Source: Bacilli bacterium (GTDB lineage Bacteria > Bacillota_I > Bacilli_A > RF39 > UBA660). From it: a stretch of 64,000 nt of DNA. The stretch lies in contig CAAGHO010000055.1 of assembly GCA_900769695.1 (NCBI GenBank), positions 2,900 through 66,899 of the forward strand. The letters run 5' to 3'. This document shows, in pieces, positions 16,627-25,319 of this stretch (position 1 is the stretch's first letter; every line of letters starts with the position of its first letter). The notes beneath the pieces are model-generated. The model did not search any database and had not been told where the DNA came from. It saw only the letters and a program-made list of their open reading frames with translations. The position numbers and the translations under genes are program-made.

Positions 16627-16796
16627 ATTATTTTTGTTCACACCTTTATTTTACTACATATTTTTAATATTTTGTGGACAAGTTATAAAACTCGAACCAA
16701 TTTATCTTTTTAAAAATTTAAATCTTTCCCTTATTTTATGCTACTTTCCGCAACAATTCTTATATTTTTTTCCCGAACCACAAGTTCCGTTCAATC

Positions 16797-16888
16797 TAGT
16801 ATTTATGTTATTTATAGTATATATAGTATTTCCTTATTTTGTGGTACCAACCACATTAGTATTTATAGTATTTATGTTACTTATGGTA
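16797..16888 (+). repeat. AT-rich direct repeats (23-mer x2, AGTATTTAT 9-mer x3) with an embedded palindrome
   Basis: tagtatttatgttaYttatRgta occurs at 16797-16819 and 16866-16888 (21/23 identical). An extra tagtatttat is at 16857-16866. Palindrome TGTGGTaccaACCACA at 16840-16855. Confidence 0.7.
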
Positions 16889-16903
16889 CTATATATATTC
16901 TAT

Positions 16904-17430
16904 AAAATGAGGACAAAATGAGGTAATTTACCTCTTTTCCTTATTTTGAACTTCAAATAGCTTTTTAAACTACTCCTTCCTTTCAAACTTCATTATAATT
17001 ATACTATATTTTTAACAAATATTAGAAACAGTAGTAATAACTTTGCTATCTTTTTATGTTTCTTGCATATTGTAATCTTTTTAAACTTCTTTTAGATACT
17101 GGACTAGATTTTATAGAGTCATATTCCGCTTTTTCCGAGCATTTCATTCTGTATTCAATATCGTTATCATAATCTTGCATACATTTATTTAAAGTCATTA
17201 TAAAATCCATTAATTCCTTTTTTGATAAATCTGCAAAAGTTCTAGACCTATTATTTTGATTCATTTAAATCTTCTCTTTTCTTAACTAATCTTTTTTGAC
17301 CGTCATTTTTATTTAATAATAAAGAATGTTGACATTTACCTCATTTTGTCCGCATTCAAAAATCCTTGATTTTAAAGTCTTTGTGAAAGTTTTTACCTCA
17401 TTTCCAAAAAAATGAGGTAAAAATGAGGTA
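16904..17430. repeat. family of 11-bp AAAATGAGGTA motifs in helical phase plus a 21-bp inverted repeat pair
   Basis: Plus-orientation tandem copies at 16904-16914/16915-16925 and 17409-17419/17420-17430. Minus-orientation copies at 17337-17347 (plus degenerate 17348-17358) and 17394-17403. IR AATG(A/C)GGACAAAATGAGGTAA at 16906-16926 versus 17336-17356 (20/21). 13-bp perfect hairpin 17391-17403/17410-17422. Confidence 0.85.
17046..17264 (-). CDS. hypothetical small basic protein bracketed by the inverted repeats
   Basis: 72-aa ORF with a weak RBS and no recognised family. It is the only ORF in a 1.1-kb noncoding stretch. Confidence 0.3.
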   Translation of the reverse strand: MNQNNRSRTFADLSKKELMDFIMTLNKCMQDYDNDIEYRMKCSEKAEYDSIKSSPVSKRSLKRLQYARNIKR

Positions 17431-17511
17431 AAATTCTTATTTTTTTGTAATTTTTTCAATTTTAAAATTTTTTAGAATCTCACAGATCCTTAATTCATAA
17501 GGGTTTGCGAA

Positions 17512-20004
17512 TTATTTACCACAACATTGTTTATATTTCTTACCACTTCCACAAGGGCAAGGATCATTTCTACCAATTTTACTTACTCTTTTTGGCTTTT
17601 TCTTAGGAGCCTCAGATTCACTCTCATTTGTTATTTTTTTCTTTGAAACTTCTTTTCTTTCTATATTTTGTTTTACTTCTGCACGTAATAAGAAAGTTGA
17701 TATATCTTTATCTATTTTTTGAACCATGTCATCAAATAAATCAAATCCTTCCATGGTATAAGCACGTAATGGATCTTCTTGAGCATATCCTCTTAGATAG
17801 ATACCTTCTCTTAAATGAGACATTGTATTAATATGTTCCATCCAATAATGATCTATAACTTGTAAAGATATTGCTTTTTCAAATTCGTCTGTTACTTCAG
17901 CTGGGATATCTTTTAATTTTTCTTCATATTCTTTGATTACTAATTTTGATATCTTATCTATTACATCTTCAACTTCCATGTTTGTTATTTGAGACTTTTT
18001 CATATCCTTCTTTAATAAATTCTCATTACTAAAGTCAACAATATCATCTAAGTCTTGTTCTGTTAAATAACCTTCTGGTGCAATATGAGATTTTACTAAA
18101 TCTGAAATGTGATTTCTAAATGTTGTTAAAACTGTCTCATGAATAGATTCAGAATCAAGTATTTCATTTCTTTTATCATACATAATTTCTCTTTGATTAT
18201 TCATTACATCATCATATTGAAGTAATTGTTTACGAATATCAAAGTTATTTCCTTCTACTCTTTTTTGAGCTGTAGTTATGGATTTAGTAAATGTTTTACT
18301 TTTAATTGCTTGATCGCCCAATCCCATATTTTCCATCATAGTACCAATTCTATCTGAACCAAATCTGACCATTAAATCATCCTTCATTGAAACAAAGAAT
18401 TGTGTATAACCAGGATCTCCTTGACGACCAGAACGTCCTCTTAACTGATTATCAATACGACGTGATTCATGACGTTCTGTACCAACAACACATAAACCAC
18501 CTAATTGTTTAATTTCTTCTGACAATTTGATATCAGTTCCACGTCCTGCCATATTAGTTGCGATTGTTACTGATTTATGTTGACCTATTTTAGAAATTAT
18601 TTCAGCCTCGCGTGCATGATTCTTAGCATTTAATACTTCATGTGGAATATGAGCTTGTTTTAACAAACTACTAATTAATTCACTTGTTTCAATAGCAATA
18701 GTACCTATTAAAACAGGTTGACCTTTTTCATAACGTTCCTTAACAAATTCTATAATTGCTTTATATTTAGCTTCACGTGTTGCATAAACTAAATCTGGTT
18801 CATCATCTCTTATTACAGGTCTATTAGTAGGTATTTCAATAACATACATATTATAAATGTTTCTAAATTCTTCTTCTTCTGTTTTAGCAGTACCAGTCAT
18901 ACCTGATAGTTTTTTATACATTCTGAATAAATTTTGGAAAGTAATTGTCGCTAAAGTTTTTGTTTCTTGATTAATATTAACTCCTTCTTTTGCTTCAATT
19001 GCTTGATGTAAGCCATCAGAATAAGCTCTTCCTTTCATTAAACGTCCAGTAAATTGATCAACTATTACTATTTCACCATCTTGTACAACATAATCAACGT
19101 CATTTTTCATAGCATAGTTAGCACGTAATGCTTGATTTATATAGTGAACTAAAGTAGCATTTTCTACTTCATATAGATTAGAAATCTTAAATGTTTTTTC
19201 AGCTTTTTCTGTTCCTTCATCTGTTAATGTAACAGCCTTTGTCTTTTCATCATAAATATATTCTTTTTCTGCTTTTAAGCTTTTAGCAAATTTATCTGCA
19301 GAAATATAAAGATTTGCACTAGACATTTCTCCACCTGAAATAATAAGAGGAGTTCTTGCCTCATCAATTAATACTGAGTCAACTTCATCGATAATTGCAA
19401 AATTAAGTGGTCTTTGAACTCTATCTTCTTTTCGAACAACCATATTATCACGAAGATAATCAAATCCAATTTCATTATTTGTTGAATAAGTAATATCGCA
19501 ATTATAAGCTTCTTGTTTTTCTTTAGGTGATAAATCTCTAGTATTAACTCCAACAGTTAATCCTAAGAATCTATGGATTCCACCCATCCATTCAGCATCA
19601 CGTCCTGCTAGATACTCATTAACAGTAATAATATGAACGCCTTTTCCTTCTAAAGCATTTAAATATGCTGGAAGAACTGATGTCAAAGTTTTTCCTTCAC
19701 CTGTTTTCATTTCTGCTATATTACCATAATGAATAGCTAAAGCTCCTAGAATTTGAACATAGAAATGCTTTTCGCCAATAACTCTGTATGCTGCTTCTCT
19801 AGCAACAGCAAAAGCCTCAACCAAAATATCATCTAGAGTTTCTCCAGCTTTTAATCTTTCTTTAAATTCACTTGTTTTATTTTGTAATTCTGTATCAGTT
19901 AAATTAGACATTTCTTCATCTAATTCCATTACTTGATCAGCCAACTTTGTAAATCTTTTTAATTCTTTATATTCATGATCAAACATTTTTAAAATATTCA
20001 CCAT
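17512..20004 (-). CDS. secA: preprotein translocase ATPase SecA
   Basis: 830 aa. MKTGEGKTL Walker A, DEVDSVLIDEARTPLIIS, TNMAGRGTDI, and the C-terminal zinc motif CPCGSGKKYKQCCG. Confidence 0.97.
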   Translation of the reverse strand: MVNILKMFDHEYKELKRFTKLADQVMELDEEMSNLTDTELQNKTSEFKERLKAGETLDDILVEAFAVAREAAYRVIGEKHFYVQILGALAIHYGNIAEMKTGEGKTLTSVLPAYLNALEGKGVHIITVNEYLAGRDAEWMGGIHRFLGLTVGVNTRDLSPKEKQEAYNCDITYSTNNEIGFDYLRDNMVVRKEDRVQRPLNFAIIDEVDSVLIDEARTPLIISGGEMSSANLYISADKFAKSLKAEKEYIYDEKTKAVTLTDEGTEKAEKTFKISNLYEVENATLVHYINQALRANYAMKNDVDYVVQDGEIVIVDQFTGRLMKGRAYSDGLHQAIEAKEGVNINQETKTLATITFQNLFRMYKKLSGMTGTAKTEEEEFRNIYNMYVIEIPTNRPVIRDDEPDLVYATREAKYKAIIEFVKERYEKGQPVLIGTIAIETSELISSLLKQAHIPHEVLNAKNHAREAEIISKIGQHKSVTIATNMAGRGTDIKLSEEIKQLGGLCVVGTERHESRRIDNQLRGRSGRQGDPGYTQFFVSMKDDLMVRFGSDRIGTMMENMGLGDQAIKSKTFTKSITTAQKRVEGNNFDIRKQLLQYDDVMNNQREIMYDKRNEILDSESIHETVLTTFRNHISDLVKSHIAPEGYLTEQDLDDIVDFSNENLLKKDMKKSQITNMEVEDVIDKISKLVIKEYEEKLKDIPAEVTDEFEKAISLQVIDHYWMEHINTMSHLREGIYLRGYAQEDPLRAYTMEGFDLFDDMVQKIDKDISTFLLRAEVKQNIERKEVSKKKITNESESEAPKKKPKRVSKIGRNDPCPCGSGKKYKQCCGK

Positions 20005-20091
20005 ATCATCTCCCTTAATTAATTATTGTAACAAAAAAAAAGAAAGAATTAAAGCATATTGCTAAAAATTCTTTCAATTATATTATATTTT

Positions 20092-20619
20092 TTATTCAGA
20101 TTCAATTATTCCATACCCAGAATCTTTTCTTTTATAAACAACTGCAATTTTATTTGTTTCACTATCTTTGTACATATAAAATTGATGGTTTAAAAGTTCC
20201 ATTTGAATAATTGCTTCTTCTTCATTCATAGGTTTTACTTCTACTTTTTTTCTTTTAATTATATCTGAATTTTCATCTTCTTCAAGTGGTTCAAAACTTT
20301 CAAAAGAAAAATCAAATCCTTTAACTTGCTTAGACATAAGTCTAGTTTTATTTTTTCTGATTTGTCTTTCTAGTTTATCAACAGCTTTATCAACTGCTGC
20401 ATAAAAATCATCTTGTACCTCTTCAGATCTTAAAATAAATGATTTTAGTGGTATAGTTACCTCTAATATTTGAGAGTGGTTTTTAACCTTAACAACAACA
20501 GTTGCACGAACAGAACTATCATCTTCAATATACTTACTAAGTTTTCCTATTTTTTCTTCTATATAGTCTTTCATCGCATCCGTTACTTTAATTTTATCAC
20601 CACGGATAATAATTTCCAT
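20092..20619 (-). CDS. hpf: ribosome hibernation promoting factor (long HPF)
   Basis: MEIIIRGDKIKVTDAMKDYIEEKIGKLSKY plus a C-terminal dimerisation domain (KPMNEEEAIIQMELLNHQFYMY). The start at 20619 follows a GGAGG RBS; the track start at 20706 runs into csp. Confidence 0.9.
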   Translation of the reverse strand: MEIIIRGDKIKVTDAMKDYIEEKIGKLSKYIEDDSSVRATVVVKVKNHSQILEVTIPLKSFILRSEEVQDDFYAAVDKAVDKLERQIRKNKTRLMSKQVKGFDFSFESFEPLEEDENSDIIKRKKVEVKPMNEEEAIIQMELLNHQFYMYKDSETNKIAVVYKRKDSGYGIIESE

Positions 20620-20668
20620 ATCATCGCCTCCTATTTTTATTATAGCACCTTTATATGAAAAAAACCAC

Positions 20669-20887
20669 CTATTTTGACATAGCTGGTTCCTTAACAAGTT
20701 TAACATTTAATGCTTGATATCCTTTACTTGTTTCTACTAAATTAAATTCAACGTATTGTCCTTCTGATAAAGTCTTATATCCATCATTTTCAATTGCTGA
20801 ATAGTGAACAAAAATATCTTCATTTTCCTTATATTCAATAAATCCATAACCTTTTTCATTATTGAACCACTTAACTCTTCCTATCAT
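20669..20887 (-). CDS. cold-shock domain protein
   Basis: [15 protein letters not shown] (RNP1) and DIFVHYSAI (RNP2). Confidence 0.92.
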   Translation of the reverse strand: MIGRVKWFNNEKGYGFIEYKENEDIFVHYSAIENDGYKTLSEGQYVEFNLVETSKGYQALNVKLVKEPAMSK

Positions 20888-21125
20888 TTTGCACCTCTTT
20901 TCTTAAAATACTATTCTTGACTATTGGCCAAGTGATACCAGTTTATCAATCTAGATTAAATCTGTAACTTTTTTCTTTTAAATGTATTTTTCAAGACTTT
21001 TTAAGTAATTTTTTCGACAAAATTTGATATTTTATGCAAAAAAGAAGTAATATTTTACTTTTAAAAAAATTACCAATTTTTGTAATTATTTTAGTGTTAT
21101 CCTCGTATCAGATAGGAGGTAAACT

Positions 21126-21716
21126 TTGAAAACAGCAGTAATTAATAAGACAGTTAATTTTCTTTCTAAATATCAAACCTATGAAGGAGAAGATTTAGAA
21201 AAGTTAAAATATGGATTAGAAGGTATATATTTAACAATAACTAAACTAATAGTGATTTTATTTCTTGCTATTGTATTAAATATTTTAAAAGAAGTAGTTT
21301 TAACTCTATTATTCTTTAATATAATTAGATACTTTGGATTTGGAATACACGCTAAAAAAAGTTGGCAATGTTTAATATCATCTACTATATGTTTTATAAT
21401 TCTACCATATATAATGTTAAATATTAACATTTCAAAGTTTAGTATCTTAATTATAGGTTGTATTTGTTTAATAGATTTACTTATATTTGCACCTGCTGAT
21501 ACTGTTAAAAGACCTCTTAAAAATAAAAAGAAAAGATTAATAAGAAAAATAGCAACTGTAAGTGTTGCCATTATATATATAATTTTATCATTGGTTATAA
21601 ACAATCATGAACTTTCAACTATCTTTATACTAAGTGTGATTATAGAATCACTAATGGTTAATCCCTTAATTTATATGTTATTAAATCAACCTTTTAATAA
21701 CTACAAGCATGAATAA
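21126..21716 (+). CDS. agrB: accessory gene regulator B (AgrD-processing membrane peptidase)
   Basis: 196 aa, multi-TM. The N-terminal region (LEKLKYGLEGIYLTITKLIVILFLAI...RYFGFGIHAKKSWQC) is typical of AgrB. TTG start after a GGAGG RBS. Followed by agrD. Confidence 0.85.
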   Translation: MKTAVINKTVNFLSKYQTYEGEDLEKLKYGLEGIYLTITKLIVILFLAIVLNILKEVVLTLLFFNIIRYFGFGIHAKKSWQCLISSTICFIILPYIMLNINISKFSILIIGCICLIDLLIFAPADTVKRPLKNKKKRLIRKIATVSVAIIYIILSLVINNHELSTIFILSVIIESLMVNPLIYMLLNQPFNNYKHE

Positions 21717-21768
21717 ATATCAATTTATTTGATGTTTATAATATAGGAAATTAAGAAAGGAGATTATT

Positions 21769-21891
21769 ATGAAGAAAAGAGTTGCAGCATTCATTAGTGC
21801 TATCGCTTTACTTGCTACAGGAGCAGCTAGCATGGGATGTCTTTGGTTATTAGCTGATGAACCTAATAGCTTAAAAAGCTTCAATGATTAG
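21769..21891 (+). CDS. agrD: autoinducing peptide precursor AgrD (not in ORF track)
   Basis: MKKRVAAFISAIALLATGAASMGCLWLLADEPNSLKSFND. It has an amphipathic leader, a Cys-containing core CLWLL, and an acidic DEP tail. RBS AAGAAAGGAG. The layout parallels clostridial AgrD (C. perfringens core CLWFT). Confidence 0.8.
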   Translation: MKKRVAAFISAIALLATGAASMGCLWLLADEPNSLKSFND

Positions 21892-21910
21892 TTTTTAAAT
21901 ATTATAAATT

Positions 21911-21942
21911 CCATTTTGATCTATACGCAAAATGGTTTTTTT
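21911..21942 (+). terminator. intrinsic terminator of agrBD
   Basis: Arms ccattttg (21911-21918) and caaaatgg (21928-21935) form a perfect 8-bp stem, followed by T7. Confidence 0.75.
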
Positions 21943-22006
21943 ATATTTATACTTATTAACACTATATTTTAATACATCTACATTAGATTGAAAATCAAAC
22001 AATGAC

Positions 22007-23344
22007 TCAATATTTTCTTAATATATTTTTATCTGATGTATCTTTTGCTGTTTTGATAATTATTTTTTCTATATAAAAGTCTTTTGATATTGTTTGAGTT
22101 TCATCTATCCAATTATTTTTTTGTAGCAACTTAGTTGCAAAATATAATCCATTACCTCTTCCTGGACCTTTTGATGAGGATCCCTTTTGATTTCTATTAT
22201 GAACAATGTTATTTGGATTAAAGGTATTGCTAATTATAAATACTATATCATTATTACTAACATATATTTCTAGCGATATTAGTTTCTTTTTTGATGTACT
22301 GGATGCCTCAATGGCGTTGTCTAAGTAAACACCTAAAATTTTGGATAATACTTCTATTTTACTCTGACTTAGTTTTTTAAATTGTTTGTTAACTTTATTA
22401 CTTACATCAACTTCTAAGTTTAATTTATTATTATTGGCAACTATTATTTTATAATACAAAAGACCTTTTAGGCCTCCATTTGGAAGCATTCTTAATTCAT
22501 TAATCATTTCGTCATCAACATTTATGTAATCTGTTATAATGCTGTCAATCTTATCTTTTACTTTCTTTTCTTTAGTCATGCACCTTAAAACAGCAAGTTG
22601 ATTTTTATACTCATGCCTTGTAAATTGTTCTTTTTCTATCCACTCTTCAAATATCTTTACATATTCAAATAAACCATCGTATTGCTGATATAATTTTTCA
22701 TATTTGTTTCTTTCTTCTATTAAAATGATAGATAATAGAAAAACTATTATTAGTATTAGAAAATTAGTACTAAATATATTGTTTAATTTGCAATTTAAAC
22801 TTATAGTATATAATATTGTTGATATTGCTATTATAACAAGAACAAAGAAGATAATAAATTTTGGAAATCTTTTGGTTTCAATTGAGTTTACAAAATTATT
22901 GATCCAAATTTTAACACTCGGTATTGAAAATACTATAAATACAAACAACGAACTAATAGTGCTACTGATCACATTCAAATACCAAACAGTTCTAATTTCC
23001 TGTAAACTTACAAATATAATTAATATACCTACAGTAATCAAATCAAAAACAGACATAAACAACAATAAAATTGCACACAATATAATAGACTTTATAAAAC
23101 TAATATTCAGTATATATTTATAAGTAACCATCATCATTATATAGACTATTATTGTGTACATATAATTGTATTCTATATTATAGATTACAACGGGCAAAAT
23201 AATTAGAAAACCAATTAAAATAGTATTCTTTATATTTAATAACTTTGCAGTACTTTTAATTATTCTGTTAATAGAAAATAGTCCCATTATTGATAAAATT
23301 ATGGATGATATTGTTCTAGCTATGATAATTGTAGACATTCTCAA
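22007..23344 (-). CDS. AgrC-like (HPK10) sensor histidine kinase
   Basis: 445 aa with ~6-7 N-terminal TMs. H-box FTRHEYKNQLAVL. GHKL ATPase motifs (DNAIEAS, GRGNGLYF). Confidence 0.8.
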   Translation of the reverse strand: MRMSTIIIARTISSIILSIMGLFSINRIIKSTAKLLNIKNTILIGFLIILPVVIYNIEYNYMYTIIVYIMMMVTYKYILNISFIKSIILCAILLLFMSVFDLITVGILIIFVSLQEIRTVWYLNVISSTISSLFVFIVFSIPSVKIWINNFVNSIETKRFPKFIIFFVLVIIAISTILYTISLNCKLNNIFSTNFLILIIVFLLSIILIEERNKYEKLYQQYDGLFEYVKIFEEWIEKEQFTRHEYKNQLAVLRCMTKEKKVKDKIDSIITDYINVDDEMINELRMLPNGGLKGLLYYKIIVANNNKLNLEVDVSNKVNKQFKKLSQSKIEVLSKILGVYLDNAIEASSTSKKKLISLEIYVSNNDIVFIISNTFNPNNIVHNRNQKGSSSKGPGRGNGLYFATKLLQKNNWIDETQTISKDFYIEKIIIKTAKDTSDKNILRKY

Positions 23345-24050
23345 TCAACTCCTTTTTGTGATTTCTAGAAATTAGATGTGTATGTTCTCCATTTTTGAAT
23401 GTTAATTTATTTTTTTTGATTTCATATAGTGCTATCTCATCTAAATTAACAATTAGACTTTTATGAGTTTTAAAGAATCTTTTATCTAACTTTTTCTCTA
23501 CATCGTTTAAACTGCCTGGTATTAATTGTTTACCATCTTTAGTTCTAATAATACATCTTTTGCTATCTTGTTCTTTTTCAATATAAATTATTTGTCTATA
23601 TTCAATTCTATAATAAGTATGATTATATTCATAACTTAACATTTTATATCTAGTATCATAATGTTTCATAGCGACATTTAAATCATCTCTTAATTTCTTA
23701 TTACAATTATCAAGTTTATTAACAAAATCAAGCAAGAATAATCTACTGGATAATGCTTCGTACTTATATTCATTATGAGAAGTTATCATTATAATAACTG
23801 AAACCCAATCATCATATTTTTCTCTTATTATTCTAGCTGCATCAATACCAGTTCCATTTTTTGTGATAATATCTAATAAATATATTTTGAAACCTATATC
23901 TTTTTTCATAATTTGTTCAAATTTTTTATCATAGCTATCAAACTCATAAATTTTATAATCAATATCATGATTCATCATATAACTGACTATAATTTTCTTT
24001 GTTTCTTCTCTTAGTGGTTTCTCATCCTCACATATTATAAAATTAATCAT
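23316..24050 (-). CDS. LytTR-family response regulator (AgrA-like)
   Basis: Receiver domain (ICEDE...YLLDI...MITSH) plus a C-terminal LytTR DNA-binding domain (IIYIEKE...FFKTHKSLIVNL). Overlaps the kinase gene by 29 nt. Confidence 0.85.
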   Translation of the reverse strand: MINFIICEDEKPLREETKKIIVSYMMNHDIDYKIYEFDSYDKKFEQIMKKDIGFKIYLLDIITKNGTGIDAARIIREKYDDWVSVIIMITSHNEYKYEALSSRLFLLDFVNKLDNCNKKLRDDLNVAMKHYDTRYKMLSYEYNHTYYRIEYRQIIYIEKEQDSKRCIIRTKDGKQLIPGSLNDVEKKLDKRFFKTHKSLIVNLDEIALYEIKKNKLTFKNGEHTHLISRNHKKELIENVYNYHS

Positions 24051-24103
24051 ACTATCACCAATATAATTTTACCATATTTTTCCAATAATTACGAGTTATT
24101 AAC

Positions 24104-24131
24104 AAAAAAGCAACTTCTATTTAGAAGTTGT
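24104..24131 (-). terminator. intrinsic terminator overlapping the tagO stop
   Basis: Arms caacttc and gaagttg, followed on the minus strand by CTTTTTTG. Confidence 0.5.
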
Positions 24132-25253
24132 TTTTTTCTTTGTTTTCTGTTTATTTTTCTTTTTATTTTTGCTTGATGGTAATTTTAATTTTTGTTCTAT
24201 TTTTCTAGTTCGTTTTGGATTTTTTTCTGAAATAATACTCGTATGTAGTATGAACCATAAAAATATAATAAATAGAATTATATAAATAATAGTACCAGTA
24301 ACAGGATCTTTTAGTGTATAAAATATTGAAGCCATTGCGAATAAGATATTCATACCATAAATTATTAATACTGTTGTTCTTTGTGAAAAGTTCATTCCTA
24401 GTAACTGATGATGTAAATGTTCCTTATCAGCAGAGAATATTGGCTTTCCTTTTAAGGCTCTTCTTATTATTGCGAAAGCAGTATCTATAATAGGAATACC
24501 TAATAATAAAATTGGTACAAAGAATGAAGTTAAGGCTGGACCTTTAAATTCCAATAGAGTAATTATTGAGATAATAAATCCCATAAATGTAGCACAATCA
24601 CCTGCAAAAATCTTTGCTGGATAAAAGTTATGTAATAAGAAACCTAAGGTTGCACCCAACATAATAAATGTTAGAATCATTACTAGGCTTCCACCTCTTC
24701 CTTGATAAAAACCTATAATACCAATTGTTAGGAAAAAGATACTACATATACCACCACTCAAACCATCTAATCCATCTATTAAATTGATAATATTGCAACA
24801 AGCAACTATGAATAATATAGTTATTGGATAAGAAAATATCCCTAAATCAATTGCAAAACCAAAAGCTGTTATATTACTAAGTAAAATCTTTCCATAAAAA
24901 ACAATGATAGATGCAGCCACTATGTGACAAATAAGTTTTTGGTAAGCTCTAATTGATTTTAAATCATCAACAATACCTGTTAATATCATAATAAAACTAC
25001 CAATTAAAATTGAATTCATTTGAATACTTTCTTTTCCAAATAACATATATCCAAATAGAAAACTTAAATAAATTCCTACTGCTCCTAATTTTGGAATTGG
25101 TTTCTTATGGATATGTCTGTTTCCTTCTTCTTTTCTTGGCATATCCATAGCACCTACATGCACGGCAACTTTCTTCATTAAAGGCATGATTAATGCTGAA
25201 AATACAAATGTTACTAAAACTATAGTTAAAGTATTATAAATTTCACTTTCCAT
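24117..25253 (-). CDS. tagO: undecaprenyl-phosphate GlcNAc-1-phosphate transferase (MraY/WecA/TagO family)
   Basis: 378 aa, ~10 TMs. Motifs NLIDGLDGL and FAGDCATFMGF, with a Lys-rich tail. Confidence 0.8.
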   Translation of the reverse strand: MESEIYNTLTIVLVTFVFSALIMPLMKKVAVHVGAMDMPRKEEGNRHIHKKPIPKLGAVGIYLSFLFGYMLFGKESIQMNSILIGSFIMILTGIVDDLKSIRAYQKLICHIVAASIIVFYGKILLSNITAFGFAIDLGIFSYPITILFIVACCNIINLIDGLDGLSGGICSIFFLTIGIIGFYQGRGGSLVMILTFIMLGATLGFLLHNFYPAKIFAGDCATFMGFIISIITLLEFKGPALTSFFVPILLLGIPIIDTAFAIIRRALKGKPIFSADKEHLHHQLLGMNFSQRTTVLIIYGMNILFAMASIFYTLKDPVTGTIIYIILFIIFLWFILHTSIISEKNPKRTRKIEQKLKLPSSKNKKKNKQKTKKKTTSK

Positions 25254-25319
25254 AATTACTCCTCACTTTATATCAATTATAGCAAAATTTATTTATTTAG
25301 AAAAGAAAAAAGACTTATT

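Noticed and set aside
16634-16921. 95-aa plus-strand ORF (MFTPLFYYIFLIFCGQ...)
   Set aside because: Its F/Y/L/I-rich composition is what T-rich noncoding DNA translates to. It has no RBS, it spans the direct repeats and palindrome, and its 5' end begins only ~10 bp beyond the proS -35 element. I treat it as noncoding.
17329-17334. A perfect TTGACA -35 hexamer on the plus strand next to the inverted repeat
   Set aside because: There is no acceptable -10 element 16-19 nt downstream (GCATTC or CATTCA). I did not call a promoter.
16673-17358. A second chromosomal replication origin, based on TGTGGACAA and the TTGTCCGCA/TTGTCCTCA near-boxes
   Set aside because: There is only one 8/9 box. The others are 7/9 and are simply part of the 11-mer motif. 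The canonical oriC with dnaA-dnaN is clearly at 61.2-63.0 kb.
16797-17432. Possible CRISPR array, given the many short repeats
   Set aside because: The repeats are 9-23 bp, occur in both orientations, and have irregular or abutting spacing with no uniform spacer units. No cas genes are present in the window.
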